From IMG/VR virus record IMGVR_UViG_3300031873_000003, positions 29,791-93,790 of that record: a DNA stretch of 64,000 nucleotides; one strand, written 5' to 3'. A program made the translations under genes and the position numbers. How positions within the stretch are numbered: the stretch's first letter is position 1; each line of letters opens with the position of its first letter. The notes beneath the pieces are model-generated. The model was not told where the DNA came from. It did no database searches and saw nothing but the letters and a program-made list of their open reading frames with translations. Positions 39,965-51,380 of this stretch are shown piece by piece. This stretch comes from a virus.

Positions 39965-42900
39965 TGAGGAGGAGAAAAATGGAACTTTCGAATGATTGGC
40001 ACAAGAGAACAAATAAAAGACTCTTTGATATCCTTGGGGATATCCTAAAAGATTCGCAACCACCGAGGCCGACCTTACCACCTAAACCAGGGTTGCCACA
40101 AAGATCGGGGGTTCCATCAAGACCTTCGCATGGATATGCGATAGCAGAGAAGGCCCCAGAGATCGTGACTGCTCCTGGCGCATATTTCCCGGCTAAAAAG
40201 GGGGAGGTTATACCGCTTGTGCCAAGACAGGCCGGAGGAAATGTTGATCCAAACCTTTTCCAGAATAAGATGACCTTCGAGGGGATGGGTTCGATGGATG
40301 ACGCACAGTCTCGACGCATACAGTCGATAACCCAAGACATAGAAAGGAACAGAAATATACCAACTCCTCCCCCACCCGTTGCACCGGTTACGCCTCCCCC
40401 ACCCGTTTCGCAACCAGTTGCATCTCCTCCTGTTACTCCGCAAGCGGCCCCCGCTCAACCCTTAACATGGTATCAACAGAGAACTCAGGCGAACCTTCCT
40501 GAGAATAAACCGTTGAACTCCTATTCTCCGCAACAGTTTGTAATGCAGGCGCCTAAACAGTTTAAATATAAAAGTGGGGGGTCAGGGTTTGAGAGTGATC
40601 AGAGGGCGGCATACGATAAACAGAACAAACCCTATTTTGATATGATAAACCGAATAGGACAACCCCAGGCGGATACCCCGTTGATTCCGAGACAGGCCGG
40701 AGGAGGCGTTGATCCTTCGATCCCAGAAGGAGAGTTAAATCGGTTAAAGGCATTGGCGGCCCAACAGAACAGACAGAACGTGGCTCCATCGGTTCCAGAA
40801 CCAACGGAAGCCGACAGGTTTCTTCAGCGCCCTACGCCAACAACGGAAAACACTGCATTACCAAAAGAAGCGTTAAGCAGCCATTACCCAGCTCCACGGG
40901 GGAGGCGTTGGTATATTGAAGCTAGGGACCCTAATGGTATGCGAGAGGCAACATACCAAGGGTCGAGAACTCTCCCTACGCCAACAACGGAAAACACTGC
41001 ATTACCACGAATTGACGTGACAGAGCTGGAGCGAAGGGTTAAGGCTTTGCCTCAAGGAGCTACTGGAAATTGGGGGGAGACAGGGGAACAAGAAATGCTA
41101 AGCAGTCATGCTCCAATGGAAGTTAGGGACCCTAATGGTATGCGAGAGGCAACATACCAAGGGTCGAGAACTCTCCCTGCGCCAACAACGGCAAGTTCCG
41201 AAAAAATATTTGACCGGGGAACAGGCATCGAAGATTGGTCTATTAAAAAAGAAGTCCTACCTTCAGGGAAAACACAGTATACAATTCCGGGCACTCAAGG
41301 AACCGCAACGGTAAGCCCGGAAGAAGGGAAACCACCTCCAGGCAAGCCTTTGGGTGGTTATGCTCCTAAGATAGAGGGTGGAACCCTTTCCGTGATTCCT
41401 ACGAGAGAAACAGGGGCCTCTGATACAGGACAACCGGCGGCGAGTCGCAAGGCATGGGATTTCCCTGAATATTATGATAAAATTTCAGCAGATCGTGCTA
41501 AGTGGACAGCTCCCGGATATTACGAGAAAGCGTTGGCCGAGAGGAGGGCGCAACCCGGTGGGGAGAATGTGATTGGCATTACCCCTGGATACGAACAGGC
41601 AGAGAGAGAACGTTATCTGGCCGAGAACCCTGAAGCCAGAGAGAAAAAGTATAGAGAGGCGATGGTAGAACAGGCAAGGGAAGCCAACAAACCCATGATG
41701 GACGCCTACATGAAGATGATCGAGCAGAACCAGAATATCATCAATGGGAACTACGGAAACGTCATGATGAGCAAAAGGGCTAAAAGAGAAGCCCGGAATG
41801 CGGCGATCGGTAACGTTGCGCATCTCCAAGATGGACTTGCACAGTTGATGAGCGGCAATACGGGAATGGCGTCAGGGATGTATGGCGCAGATTCAAGGGT
41901 TGAGGCTTCCGAAGCGAGAGGTGCAAGGGGGGCCGGAAGGAATGAGTGGGTTGATTGGGGACATGGGCAAAAGATGAACACAAGGACGGGTCAGGTGGCG
42001 GGGATTCCGGTAAAGCCGGATGAGAAATCCCCTACCGAATTAGGACTGATTCAGGAGGCCAGCAAGGTAGGTCCTGACGGGAAACCAACTGAGGGAGCAA
42101 AGGAAGCCCAAAGGGTATTGGACAAACAAAAACAACACAAAATAGACATTGCAAGTCGTGGGATAATCCCTATGATTGGTGATATTGGGCGTGCTGTTCC
42201 GGGAGAAAAAAATGAAAAAGCACTGGAAGGGCTTGATCAGGGAGCACAGGAAATGGTCAGAAAGATTGTGAATTACGATTGGAAACTTCCGAGTGGCAAT
42301 GTCTTAAGGGAACCTTATTGGCAAAACATTCTATCACGGGCAGCCTCGTATGATCCCAGTTTTAGTGAGAGAGAATTTGATGTTAGAAAAAAATTGAGGA
42401 TTGACTTTACTTCGGGAAATGCTTCAAAAAATATTAGATCTTTAAACACCGCAGTATACCATATAAACACTTTAAAAAGAGCGGCTAAAGATCTTAATAA
42501 TGCTCCAGTTCAATTATGGAACAAAATAGCCAATGCCAGTCTCAATGCAGTAGGAGACCCAAGGGTTGTTGCTTTTAATAATGCGGCTACGGCTGTGGCC
42601 GGGGAACTGGCAAATGTGTTTAAGAATACAACCGGTACAGATCAGGAGATTAAGGCTTGGCGGGAGAACCAGAATTCATCTCAATCTCCAAAACAGATAA
42701 ACGCTGGCATCGACACGGTTATTGAACTGTTAGGAGGACGAGTTGGGTCAGTACGGTCTCAATATGAAACTGGGATGGGAAAACCAAAAGATTTTAGGTT
42801 TTTTTCCCCCGAGTCCCGTAAAATCCTTGAGGGCATTGGGATTGATGTGAATACATTGGATCCGGTGGGTGGAACCTCCATGGGAGGAAATAAACCAGCT

Positions 42901-43008
42901 ATCGAAAGTTTAGGAGGAAATCCCCAAGAGAAGCAGGGCAATGTTCAAGAAACTCCGATAGAGAAAATATGGAAAAAGAACCCTGATGGAGTTTGGGTAC
43001 AGGAGTAA
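39964..43008 (+). CDS. putative internal virion or ejection protein
   Basis: Pro/Gln-rich N-half, helical C-half; position in the late operon. Confidence 0.55.
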   Translation: MRRRKMELSNDWHKRTNKRLFDILGDILKDSQPPRPTLPPKPGLPQRSGVPSRPSHGYAIAEKAPEIVTAPGAYFPAKKGEVIPLVPRQAGGNVDPNLFQNKMTFEGMGSMDDAQSRRIQSITQDIERNRNIPTPPPPVAPVTPPPPVSQPVASPPVTPQAAPAQPLTWYQQRTQANLPENKPLNSYSPQQFVMQAPKQFKYKSGGSGFESDQRAAYDKQNKPYFDMINRIGQPQADTPLIPRQAGGGVDPSIPEGELNRLKALAAQQNRQNVAPSVPEPTEADRFLQRPTPTTENTALPKEALSSHYPAPRGRRWYIEARDPNGMREATYQGSRTLPTPTTENTALPRIDVTELERRVKALPQGATGNWGETGEQEMLSSHAPMEVRDPNGMREATYQGSRTLPAPTTASSEKIFDRGTGIEDWSIKKEVLPSGKTQYTIPGTQGTATVSPEEGKPPPGKPLGGYAPKIEGGTLSVIPTRETGASDTGQPAASRKAWDFPEYYDKISADRAKWTAPGYYEKALAERRAQPGGENVIGITPGYEQAERERYLAENPEAREKKYREAMVEQAREANKPMMDAYMKMIEQNQNIINGNYGNVMMSKRAKREARNAAIGNVAHLQDGLAQLMSGNTGMASGMYGADSRVEASEARGARGAGRNEWVDWGHGQKMNTRTGQVAGIPVKPDEKSPTELGLIQEASKVGPDGKPTEGAKEAQRVLDKQKQHKIDIASRGIIPMIGDIGRAVPGEKNEKALEGLDQGAQEMVRKIVNYDWKLPSGNVLREPYWQNILSRAASYDPSFSEREFDVRKKLRIDFTSGNASKNIRSLNTAVYHINTLKRAAKDLNNAPVQLWNKIANASLNAVGDPRVVAFNNAATAVAGELANVFKNTTGTDQEIKAWRENQNSSQSPKQINAGIDTVIELLGGRVGSVRSQYETGMGKPKDFRFFSPESRKILEGIGIDVNTLDPVGGTSMGGNKPAIESLGGNPQEKQGNVQETPIEKIWKKNPDGVWVQE

Positions 43009-43011
43009 ATT

Positions 43012-44754
43012 ATGGCAACTCAATATGTTGAAGATCCCGAAACAAAGCAGAGGATACCTTTTCAATGGGATAACCCTAATCCCCCTACGTCTGTAGACAT
43101 TGAGTCTCTATTGAGTGCGACGAAGGGGAATCAACCCAAACCAGAAAGTCCATTTCCCTCGATCCCTCAAGTACCAAATAAATCCATTAGCGGATTTATC
43201 GGTAACGTAGGAACGAATGTTGCCGATATTGCAAAAGGTGTTGCTACGGCAGTTACCCATCCGATCCAAACAGTCAAGAACGTGGCTTCGGGCGCAAGTG
43301 ACATCATGTATGGAGCAGCCGAAAAAATCGCAGGGGCTCCTCCTGGGTCAGAAGAACAAGCAATGTTTGAACAGGTCTCAAAGCCATTTGTTGATGCCTA
43401 TAAAAATCCATCCAAAATACCAGGGATGGTTTTTGATTACCTTTACGAGAAGCCGGTAGATGCTGCAATGTTAGTTTCTGGGGGAGCTGGCTTGGTTGGG
43501 AAGGCCGCAAAAATGGGGGGGTTAGCTAAGACAGCAAGGGTGTTGGAAACAACGGCAAAAGTTACCGATCCTCTATTTCTTCCCACAAAGGTTGTAAAAC
43601 CAGTAATTGGTGCAGTTGGTAAGGTGGCGAAGGAAACTACTGGAGCACTTACCGGAGGAGGCCCGGGATTTATTGAGGAGATGAAACTGGGGGGTGCTGC
43701 AGCGGATAAAGTAATGAGAGGGAATGTGACAGGAGAACAGGTCGTAAAACATGCGAAGGATGCTTTTAAGTCAATGTACAATATGATGCGTGACGAATAT
43801 TTAGTAAAATTAGATAAAATAAGAGTAAATCCTAAAGCATTAAAAAGTGTGCAAGATGATTTAGTAAATACCCTAAAGACAATAAGTGATGATGATCATT
43901 TTGGTGTGGGTGTGTCTATTCATCCAGTAACCGGAGAACCGATTATTAATTTCAGAACAGGTGCGAGTCCATACGGTGGGACGGGAAGTACAATTACGGA
44001 ACATCAACGTGCGGTTCGTAACGCAATCAAAGACGTAATCCAGTGGCAAGACAATAGTGCAAAGGGGTTAGATGTCCTTAAAAAGAGGTTAGGTGATTTT
44101 GTCGATCAGACCGGACAAAGAACTCCAGCAAGAAGTTTTATTACCCAATTAAGAAATAATCTCAGTGATGGATTAAAAAATGCCATACCAGAATACGAAG
44201 CCATGACAAAGCCTTATCATGATTCCATAAATTTGCTTAAAGATATTGAAAGTAACCTTATGATCAGAAAAGAGGGGATGAGTGGTCGTATAACGGCAGA
44301 CCAAACACTGAGAAGGTTGTCGTCTTCTCTTCGAGAAGGCTTTGAAATGAGGAAAACTTTATTGAGGACATTGGGAAATAAATCTGGAATGGATATACCC
44401 GGTGAAGTAGCTGGCTATATTGCTACTCAATGGATACCAAGAGGAATAATTGGAAAAGGTTTAGCTGCTGGCAATATTTATGCGCTTCACTTTTTGAACC
44501 CGAAGTTATGGCCTATATTAGCCGCAAGTTCTCCGAGGATTGTTGGGGAATTTCTAAGCGCATATGGGAAAGCAAGGAAACTGGCTGAACCTGTTACGAA
44601 GGTAATTTCGAAGGTGGCCAAAAATGCAACGAAACCTGAAGTTTTAGCTCCCGTAAGCCTTGCCGGAAGGATAAGGCCACCGGCAACCCACTACGAAGGA
44701 GAACCAATGAAACCAGAGACACCAATTGACCCGTGGAACTACGAAGGAGACTAA
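43012..44754 (+). CDS. putative ejection or DNA-transfer protein
   Basis: Gly/Ala-rich hydrophobic segments; ASSPRIVGE motif. Confidence 0.55.
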   Translation: MATQYVEDPETKQRIPFQWDNPNPPTSVDIESLLSATKGNQPKPESPFPSIPQVPNKSISGFIGNVGTNVADIAKGVATAVTHPIQTVKNVASGASDIMYGAAEKIAGAPPGSEEQAMFEQVSKPFVDAYKNPSKIPGMVFDYLYEKPVDAAMLVSGGAGLVGKAAKMGGLAKTARVLETTAKVTDPLFLPTKVVKPVIGAVGKVAKETTGALTGGGPGFIEEMKLGGAAADKVMRGNVTGEQVVKHAKDAFKSMYNMMRDEYLVKLDKIRVNPKALKSVQDDLVNTLKTISDDDHFGVGVSIHPVTGEPIINFRTGASPYGGTGSTITEHQRAVRNAIKDVIQWQDNSAKGLDVLKKRLGDFVDQTGQRTPARSFITQLRNNLSDGLKNAIPEYEAMTKPYHDSINLLKDIESNLMIRKEGMSGRITADQTLRRLSSSLREGFEMRKTLLRTLGNKSGMDIPGEVAGYIATQWIPRGIIGKGLAAGNIYALHFLNPKLWPILAASSPRIVGEFLSAYGKARKLAEPVTKVISKVAKNATKPEVLAPVSLAGRIRPPATHYEGEPMKPETPIDPWNYEGD

Positions 44755-44757
44755 CTG

Positions 44758-47700
44758 ATGGCCTATAATGTTAATCAAGCGTTAAGGGATGGTTTGTCGG
44801 AAGAAGAGATAGCAAAGCACCTTGCCACGACCCGAAATTACAGGTTTGATGATGCAATTAAGGCAGGTTACTCCCACAAAGAGATTATCGACCACCTGGC
44901 TCCCCAAAAACCGATTGGCCAGAAGCCGACAACACCACCTCCACCATCGCTCGACGTTGCTCCGCCACCGCCGGAACCTGTTGTCCAAAAGCCTACCCCA
45001 TTACCACCGGAACCTAATGCGCCCACCGAAGCTCCTACAACAGGGGTTTATCCGGATTATGTCGGAGAACTTTTTGGGAGAAAACCGATCCCTGATGTTG
45101 AACCTATAAAGCAAGACGTTACCCCTTTGGTTGCGCCTCCAGAAAAAACCCCGCAACCTCCAGCGCTGGGGGGGATTTTACCCCCTGGTTTTGGCGGAAT
45201 GGATGTGATGAGGCATAGGCCGGTGGCACGCCCGGTTCAACCATCGGCTGATTTAACGCAAATGCGTCAAGAACCTCCCCCGTCTAATGTGCCGATAGAA
45301 CGTCCATCTCTACCTCCCGCCGAACCTTTTGCACAGGAGGGCGAACCCACGGTAGTTCCAGAACCCGAACGTGCAAGACAACTTGCATTGGCAGAGGAGG
45401 CTAAGGCGACCGCCCCCGTGATCAGTACCCTAAAGGATCAGGCGGCCCTTGAACGACCTCGTGGATGGACAGAGTTAAGTCTGCCAGAAACTCTCGGAAG
45501 GCTTGGGGTTGGTAGTCCATTTGGAGTTAAGCCTACGCCTAAAAAGCCATTAAGCCCAGAAGAATTAGGGGTAAGAGGGGCAAGGGATACCAATATTCTT
45601 GCTATAAGCAAAAACACAGATCTTTCTCCTTCATTTATAGAGCAAAATTATGATGCCATCACAAAAGAGTTGGGTGTCAGAAATATACAAACAACAGGAG
45701 AACTTTTAGGTTCGTTAATGACTGCCGCCATTGGTGTAGGATTGATAGCAACCCCCATTCCTACCATGACGGGCATTGCAACCGTCATGGGAATAAAGGA
45801 GGCTGAAAGCCTTGCTACCCAATTCTTGATGGGTGAAAAGCCTAAACTTCTTGCCGGTAGGGAATTAAAGGAGTATCTTGGCCCCCTGGAAGAACACGAC
45901 CAAACAACGGTAGATGCCTTAGAATTTGTATTGCCTGGTTTGCTTGGCGCTAAGGTAATGAGCACCACCAAGCATAAGTTGAGTGGTGTTCTCAGTAGAA
46001 AAATAATTCATGAAGCATGGGAAAGAGCTTTAAAAACTGAGTATGGGAAGAAACTTCTTGATTATAAGGGAACATACAAGTGGGAACCTGGAGCAGAGGG
46101 CGCACCACCAGAAATTAAAGTTATAGACCCTGCTGGATTCATCAAAAGACCAGATACACCTGTTGGCCCAAAACCCACGGTCGCAGAGGTTGTAGGCAGC
46201 GACATCCCCTCACCAGGGGGTCGTCCTGTTGCATCTAAACCCATCCCCTCATCAGGATACCCTCAACTTGAATCCAGACCCTTCATGCCTCCATCGATGC
46301 AAGGGACGTCACTTCAATCAGGATACCCTCAACTTGAACCCAGACCCTCTCAGGTAGCGAAGGCTCAACCCGAGGTAGTTGGAACAACAATACCGGGGGG
46401 GGGTGTGCCAGTAACGTCTGTTACCCCACAACCTAAACCCCCCATTGTAACGCCTCAGACGATACCCACTGAAGTAGTCTCCCCTCCTGTGGCTCCTCCG
46501 CAACCTATCCCACAGATGATGGGAATAGGTCAAGATATGGAAATTCCGAAGCCGAAGATGATATGGGAAGAAGTTCCCATTGATGATGAGTCCTTATCGT
46601 TACAGGTTCCCCCGACAGCACAACATCTCGAGGAAATGCCGGAAGAATACCCAGATATCAAGGCCGCAGCATTAGAACAGGACGGAAAGGTCTACACAGA
46701 TCATACTCATGTTGGTATCCTGGTGGAAAACAACTTAGACCCAGAAAAGGTAACTCCTGGGTTCGTTACTACGGACGGAAAGTTTATAGAACAATACCCA
46801 GACGATAATCGTGGCCTTCCTTCTGCCCTAACCGAACCCCTGCCTACAGAAGAAGTCTCAAAAGAGGCTATGCCGGTGGAGGAAGCACCCACAGAACAAG
46901 TATATCCACCACCAGAAACCATAACGGCACCACCCGAGGCGTTACTCCTCCCCGAAGAAAAAGTCTTGCCAGAACCACTGCCAGTAGCCGAAACAGGGGT
47001 AGAAAAGCCTCTTGTTCGTGCTATCCCCGACCTGAAGTCCCCGGAAGCGACGTTGGGAGGAAAGCAGATAACATTTAAGGAGAACAAAGAAGGCGGAGGC
47101 AAGATTATATCAGTTGACGGTAAAGACGTTGGCACGGTTATGCTTGGTGAAAAATCTGCCGACAGAATGAAATTAGAATGGATAATGCTGGACAAGGATC
47201 AGCGAGGACAAAAGACTGGGATTAATGTTTTGAATAAAATCTTCTCTGATAACCCAGACATCAATTTCATAGAGGGTGGAGCAATGCCTGGGGATATCGG
47301 ATACTGGAAGAAGATCGGAGCCCATACCGACGGCGAGAGTTTTGCCATAACCAGGCAGCAGGTTTCAAATGCCTTGGAGGCCCCCGACCTGGAGTTGGAT
47401 AAGGAGGTAGCGCAGGGAGGTAAACCAAAAAACATAGACGAAGCCGTCGGGAAAGAGATGGAAGTTTTTGCCACCAACGATTTCTTGTCGTCTATTCGTG
47501 AAGAAATTGCTCAAGGGAAACGTAACGAAGCCATTGGTCGGTGGAGGTCTTCATTTACGAACCATGCAGAAATGATCGCTTCAAACGATATAGTAAGAAA
47601 TGACTACCAGAAATTAGGGGAACTCGTTGACAGTGGTAAACTAACCATAGAACGGGCGATCCAGATGGTTGATGATGCGGTAAACGCCGGTCTTGTTGAT

Positions 47701-50700
47701 GCCAAAAACGGAGAGTATATAAAGAAGAATATTGCCCCCCTGGCGGGAGAGGCCGTAGAAACCCCGAAGCCCGTAGGTGGAAAAATTCCGATTGATGCAG
47801 ACGAGAATGAACTTGTTGATATGGATGGAGTTCCTATGGATGTTAATCCAGATGGAACGATTACCATCTATCACCGTACCTCACCCGAGAAAGCAGAACA
47901 GGTTAGAAAAACTGGTAAGTTTTTATCCCTTGAAAATACAGACGAAACTTTCTTTTCTAACAAACTCGAAGGGCAGGCAGAAGGTTACGGAGATGCTGTT
48001 GTTGCCGTAAAGGTAAAACCTTCCGACGTAAGACTCAATGATGCTTTCCATAATGGCGAAATCCATGTAGCCGTATCTAACAAAAGATTGTCCAAGAAAA
48101 ACATCCTCCCTAACCTCACCCCCCCGGCGGGAGAGGCCAGGGTATCTACAGAAGTACCTGCCAAACCATCCCCCGAACCCCAGAAGGGGGAGGTAGTCCC
48201 CCTCCCCCCAACGTTACCTCCTGGCCATCAGGTGGTTCCCGCAGTTTCCAAAAAAACCAAAAAAGTAACGGTTAATGATAAGGCCAAGGAATTTTATCAA
48301 CCCGGAAATATTGTCTATTCTGGTTACTGGAAAACATACGATAAAGTCTTGCAGATCAAGGGTACACCCGGAGAACCAAATTGGAAAGTTGAGGTTCAGC
48401 AGGTTGACAAAGATGGTAATCCAACCCCTGGGGTAAAACCAAGATGGCATAGCACATTACCGAGCAAGGGAGATAGGGTTGAGAAAGTATTTGAGACAAA
48501 GCCTATTGTTACTCCTCCCGGCCATACCCAAGTCGAGCAGCCAGAGAAGACCGTTGATGTCCAGATACCTGGGTTCAAGGCAGAAGAACCAAAACCTGAA
48601 CCGAAGAAAATTGAACCAGTGGTTGAAGAAGTTCCTGCTATTGCTGAAGGTGAATCCAAACCCCTGAAATGGGCAGACCTCCCCGAAGGAGTCCAGAAGA
48701 ACATCCCAAAGGAACTGACCGATCTCCGAACCGAACCATACTTTGGAACTCAGATTATCAAGGGTGAGAAAAAGCAGACATACGGCGAAGCAATGGGTAC
48801 TCACACCTATGATGCCAAAACGGGTGAAGAACTTTACCAATATGACTTAAACAGGATAGAAGAAAAGGTTGCGGCAGAAAAGCGTTATGAGGCCGATAAA
48901 GCCAAAATAGCTGGACTCCCCGATGTCGAGGGCAAGAAAGTAGAACCCGCCAAAACCGTAGAAGTGAAGACCCAGAAGGACCAGAAGAAGTACCTCATCG
49001 ATGCCATTGACGAGGCGATCAAGCAGGCCCCCGATAAAGAGATAAAACCTGCCTTGTTGAAGATTCCCGATACAGACAAGCCCATTATGGAGAAAACCCC
49101 CCATGTCATTATTGAAGTGCCCGGAGATGGGATATTCAGGGTAATCAACTCCAAGCAGGCATTGCAGGGGTTTAAGAAGGTAGCAGAAGAAAGATTTCCC
49201 GGAACCAAGGCGGATATTCTTCCCCCAAGTTTAAAGAAACCCTCAATGCCGAGCGAAAAGCCTACCGGGCGCCGGATATCTCCGAAGCAAGGGTCGGCTT
49301 ATGAGTATATTACAGAATATAGCCCGAAGAGGGTAAGCGAGGCCGATTATGCCACCGATCAAAGCGCACTGGTTGGAGAAGGATGGTTTAGTAATGGCCA
49401 GTATATGGTTAAAGGAGAACCTCCTACTGGGTATGGTAAGAAAGCCACAAACAAAAAGATGACAGAATTAACCAAGAAACACATCAAACAAGTTACTCCA
49501 TCCTTAAAAGGTATGTCCCCAGCAACCCATGTGGCCGAGTTCCATGTGATGGATTCCAGTATAAATTCAGGACTTGCGGTTAATGATAAAGGATTTTCCT
49601 ACTTTAACCCAGCCCTAATGGATGTGGTCAGGAAGTATTACCCGGATTCGACACTTTACATCGCTGACGAGCAAACTCCAATGGCTTTCGTGAAGGACAA
49701 GAAAGTTGTGGCAGTTCTTATGCCGATGCGAGGGGGTCCTACGGGAGAACTTATAGACAAGTATTTTGCAGACCAAGGGATTAAGGTTCCGTGGGAGAAA
49801 GAGGTGGTGAAGGAAGAAGTTAAGACCGAGGCACCTACTAAAACTAAAGAACCATGGGAAACGGCTCTGGAAAGATTATCGAATTTGAAACATACGGAAA
49901 TTAGCGATAGTGCCTATCATGGATCATCAAAAGAAATAGCAAGGGTACTTGTTGATTCAGGAATACCCTTGGATAAAATTGCAGAACATCTCAATACTCT
50001 TGAGGTTGCGAGAAAAGAACATGCCATTAATCCAAAATTGGTAAAAACAGATTACACTGTAAATGACATTGAGAACTTTATCAAAGAATATCAGAAGACT
50101 CCCGACTACGACGCCTTGTTTAAGCGTTTCAAGAACCAGACCTCAAACCAAGCCATAGACTATTTCGAAGTGGAAGGCCACAAAATTTTCAAGGTTGAAG
50201 AGGTTGAATTGCCCAAGGGACTGGGTGGAACCGGACTTGGATTTACAAACGATGCAGAAGGCAATATTTATTTGAGGAAGGATCTGAGCAGGCAAGGGTT
50301 TGAGAAGGCTCTCGATCATGAGTTGAGGCATCATAAAGAAAAGGGTTGGGAAGAAACAGTCAATCTGGCCGATATGATCGAGGCCCCCGAGACGAAAGTT
50401 GGGGTTCCCGAGAAATCCTACACTCTTGATAATCCCCCAAAACTCAACGAAAAGGTAATTTGGAGAGACCGAGAGGGAGTTGTTGATTCTGCTCCAAGTT
50501 ACGCCCAGGGAACGATACGAATTTTGGACCCAATACAGGGTAGAACTACGGTAAATATTTCAGACCTTAGACCGGCTTCTTCCGAGACTAAACCCATATC
50601 AGAACCCTCCCCGGAGTCCATCGAAGGGAAGAAACCCTGGGGGATGACCGCTGATGAATATGTGGTACAAAAGAATATTCCTGAATCAGCAGAGATTTTC

Positions 50701-51366
50701 TATAAAACTGCACAAAGTAGGAAAGCACTTAAAGAACATGAACAAACCGTTAAGCAAGCCCTCCTCTCCGGCGACCTGACCCCAGCCGAATATTCCAGAC
50801 TTCACGAGAAGGACTACGGGAAGTTGGAGGAGTTTACCCCGGGGTTTGAAAAGCAAGTTGAGGAAGCACCGAAAAAAATCAATGCCAAAACGCTGACAGA
50901 AGAGATCAAGTCAGAGCCAGATTATGTTTACCACGCAACCAACGAAGAAAGACTGTCTGAAATAGCGGATACTGGAAAATTACGAACACACAAACCAGGC
51001 GAATTTACCGATCAGAATGTATGGCCTGATGGTTCTACAAAAAAACGTGCTTATTTCAGTGATAAGGCCGATATCGTTTGGCAGTTTGCACCAGAGGAAG
51101 GTAGACCAGTTGTAATTAGGACAAAGGGTAAAGGATTATTGAAAGAATCTACCGGAGATGTTTATAGTAACAAACCAATCTCTGTGGACACATTAGAATA
51201 TCTTGGAGAGGATGATAATTGGCATCCAGTCTCAGGTTTAAAAACATCATTGTCCCAAGTGGTGGAAGAGTTTGCGCCAGAACTGCAATCAATTGCGAAA
51301 GGGGAAGGGGAGAAAAAGAAGGATGGTTCACGACCATCGTACCTACCCCCAGGTTTCGGTGGATGA
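44758..51366 (+). CDS. giant multidomain (polyvalent-like) virion protein
   Basis: 2202 aa; YHRT and YHAT motifs, GNAT-like QRGQKTG, HELRH zincin-like motif, AVLMPMR motif. Confidence 0.65.
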   Translation: MAYNVNQALRDGLSEEEIAKHLATTRNYRFDDAIKAGYSHKEIIDHLAPQKPIGQKPTTPPPPSLDVAPPPPEPVVQKPTPLPPEPNAPTEAPTTGVYPDYVGELFGRKPIPDVEPIKQDVTPLVAPPEKTPQPPALGGILPPGFGGMDVMRHRPVARPVQPSADLTQMRQEPPPSNVPIERPSLPPAEPFAQEGEPTVVPEPERARQLALAEEAKATAPVISTLKDQAALERPRGWTELSLPETLGRLGVGSPFGVKPTPKKPLSPEELGVRGARDTNILAISKNTDLSPSFIEQNYDAITKELGVRNIQTTGELLGSLMTAAIGVGLIATPIPTMTGIATVMGIKEAESLATQFLMGEKPKLLAGRELKEYLGPLEEHDQTTVDALEFVLPGLLGAKVMSTTKHKLSGVLSRKIIHEAWERALKTEYGKKLLDYKGTYKWEPGAEGAPPEIKVIDPAGFIKRPDTPVGPKPTVAEVVGSDIPSPGGRPVASKPIPSSGYPQLESRPFMPPSMQGTSLQSGYPQLEPRPSQVAKAQPEVVGTTIPGGGVPVTSVTPQPKPPIVTPQTIPTEVVSPPVAPPQPIPQMMGIGQDMEIPKPKMIWEEVPIDDESLSLQVPPTAQHLEEMPEEYPDIKAAALEQDGKVYTDHTHVGILVENNLDPEKVTPGFVTTDGKFIEQYPDDNRGLPSALTEPLPTEEVSKEAMPVEEAPTEQVYPPPETITAPPEALLLPEEKVLPEPLPVAETGVEKPLVRAIPDLKSPEATLGGKQITFKENKEGGGKIISVDGKDVGTVMLGEKSADRMKLEWIMLDKDQRGQKTGINVLNKIFSDNPDINFIEGGAMPGDIGYWKKIGAHTDGESFAITRQQVSNALEAPDLELDKEVAQGGKPKNIDEAVGKEMEVFATNDFLSSIREEIAQGKRNEAIGRWRSSFTNHAEMIASNDIVRNDYQKLGELVDSGKLTIERAIQMVDDAVNAGLVDAKNGEYIKKNIAPLAGEAVETPKPVGGKIPIDADENELVDMDGVPMDVNPDGTITIYHRTSPEKAEQVRKTGKFLSLENTDETFFSNKLEGQAEGYGDAVVAVKVKPSDVRLNDAFHNGEIHVAVSNKRLSKKNILPNLTPPAGEARVSTEVPAKPSPEPQKGEVVPLPPTLPPGHQVVPAVSKKTKKVTVNDKAKEFYQPGNIVYSGYWKTYDKVLQIKGTPGEPNWKVEVQQVDKDGNPTPGVKPRWHSTLPSKGDRVEKVFETKPIVTPPGHTQVEQPEKTVDVQIPGFKAEEPKPEPKKIEPVVEEVPAIAEGESKPLKWADLPEGVQKNIPKELTDLRTEPYFGTQIIKGEKKQTYGEAMGTHTYDAKTGEELYQYDLNRIEEKVAAEKRYEADKAKIAGLPDVEGKKVEPAKTVEVKTQKDQKKYLIDAIDEAIKQAPDKEIKPALLKIPDTDKPIMEKTPHVIIEVPGDGIFRVINSKQALQGFKKVAEERFPGTKADILPPSLKKPSMPSEKPTGRRISPKQGSAYEYITEYSPKRVSEADYATDQSALVGEGWFSNGQYMVKGEPPTGYGKKATNKKMTELTKKHIKQVTPSLKGMSPATHVAEFHVMDSSINSGLAVNDKGFSYFNPALMDVVRKYYPDSTLYIADEQTPMAFVKDKKVVAVLMPMRGGPTGELIDKYFADQGIKVPWEKEVVKEEVKTEAPTKTKEPWETALERLSNLKHTEISDSAYHGSSKEIARVLVDSGIPLDKIAEHLNTLEVARKEHAINPKLVKTDYTVNDIENFIKEYQKTPDYDALFKRFKNQTSNQAIDYFEVEGHKIFKVEEVELPKGLGGTGLGFTNDAEGNIYLRKDLSRQGFEKALDHELRHHKEKGWEETVNLADMIEAPETKVGVPEKSYTLDNPPKLNEKVIWRDREGVVDSAPSYAQGTIRILDPIQGRTTVNISDLRPASSETKPISEPSPESIEGKKPWGMTADEYVVQKNIPESAEIFYKTAQSRKALKEHEQTVKQALLSGDLTPAEYSRLHEKDYGKLEEFTPGFEKQVEEAPKKINAKTLTEEIKSEPDYVYHATNEERLSEIADTGKLRTHKPGEFTDQNVWPDGSTKKRAYFSDKADIVWQFAPEEGRPVVIRTKGKGLLKESTGDVYSNKPISVDTLEYLGEDDNWHPVSGLKTSLSQVVEEFAPELQSIAKGEGEKKKDGSRPSYLPPGFGG

Positions 51367-51380
51367 AAGAAGGGAGCGCT

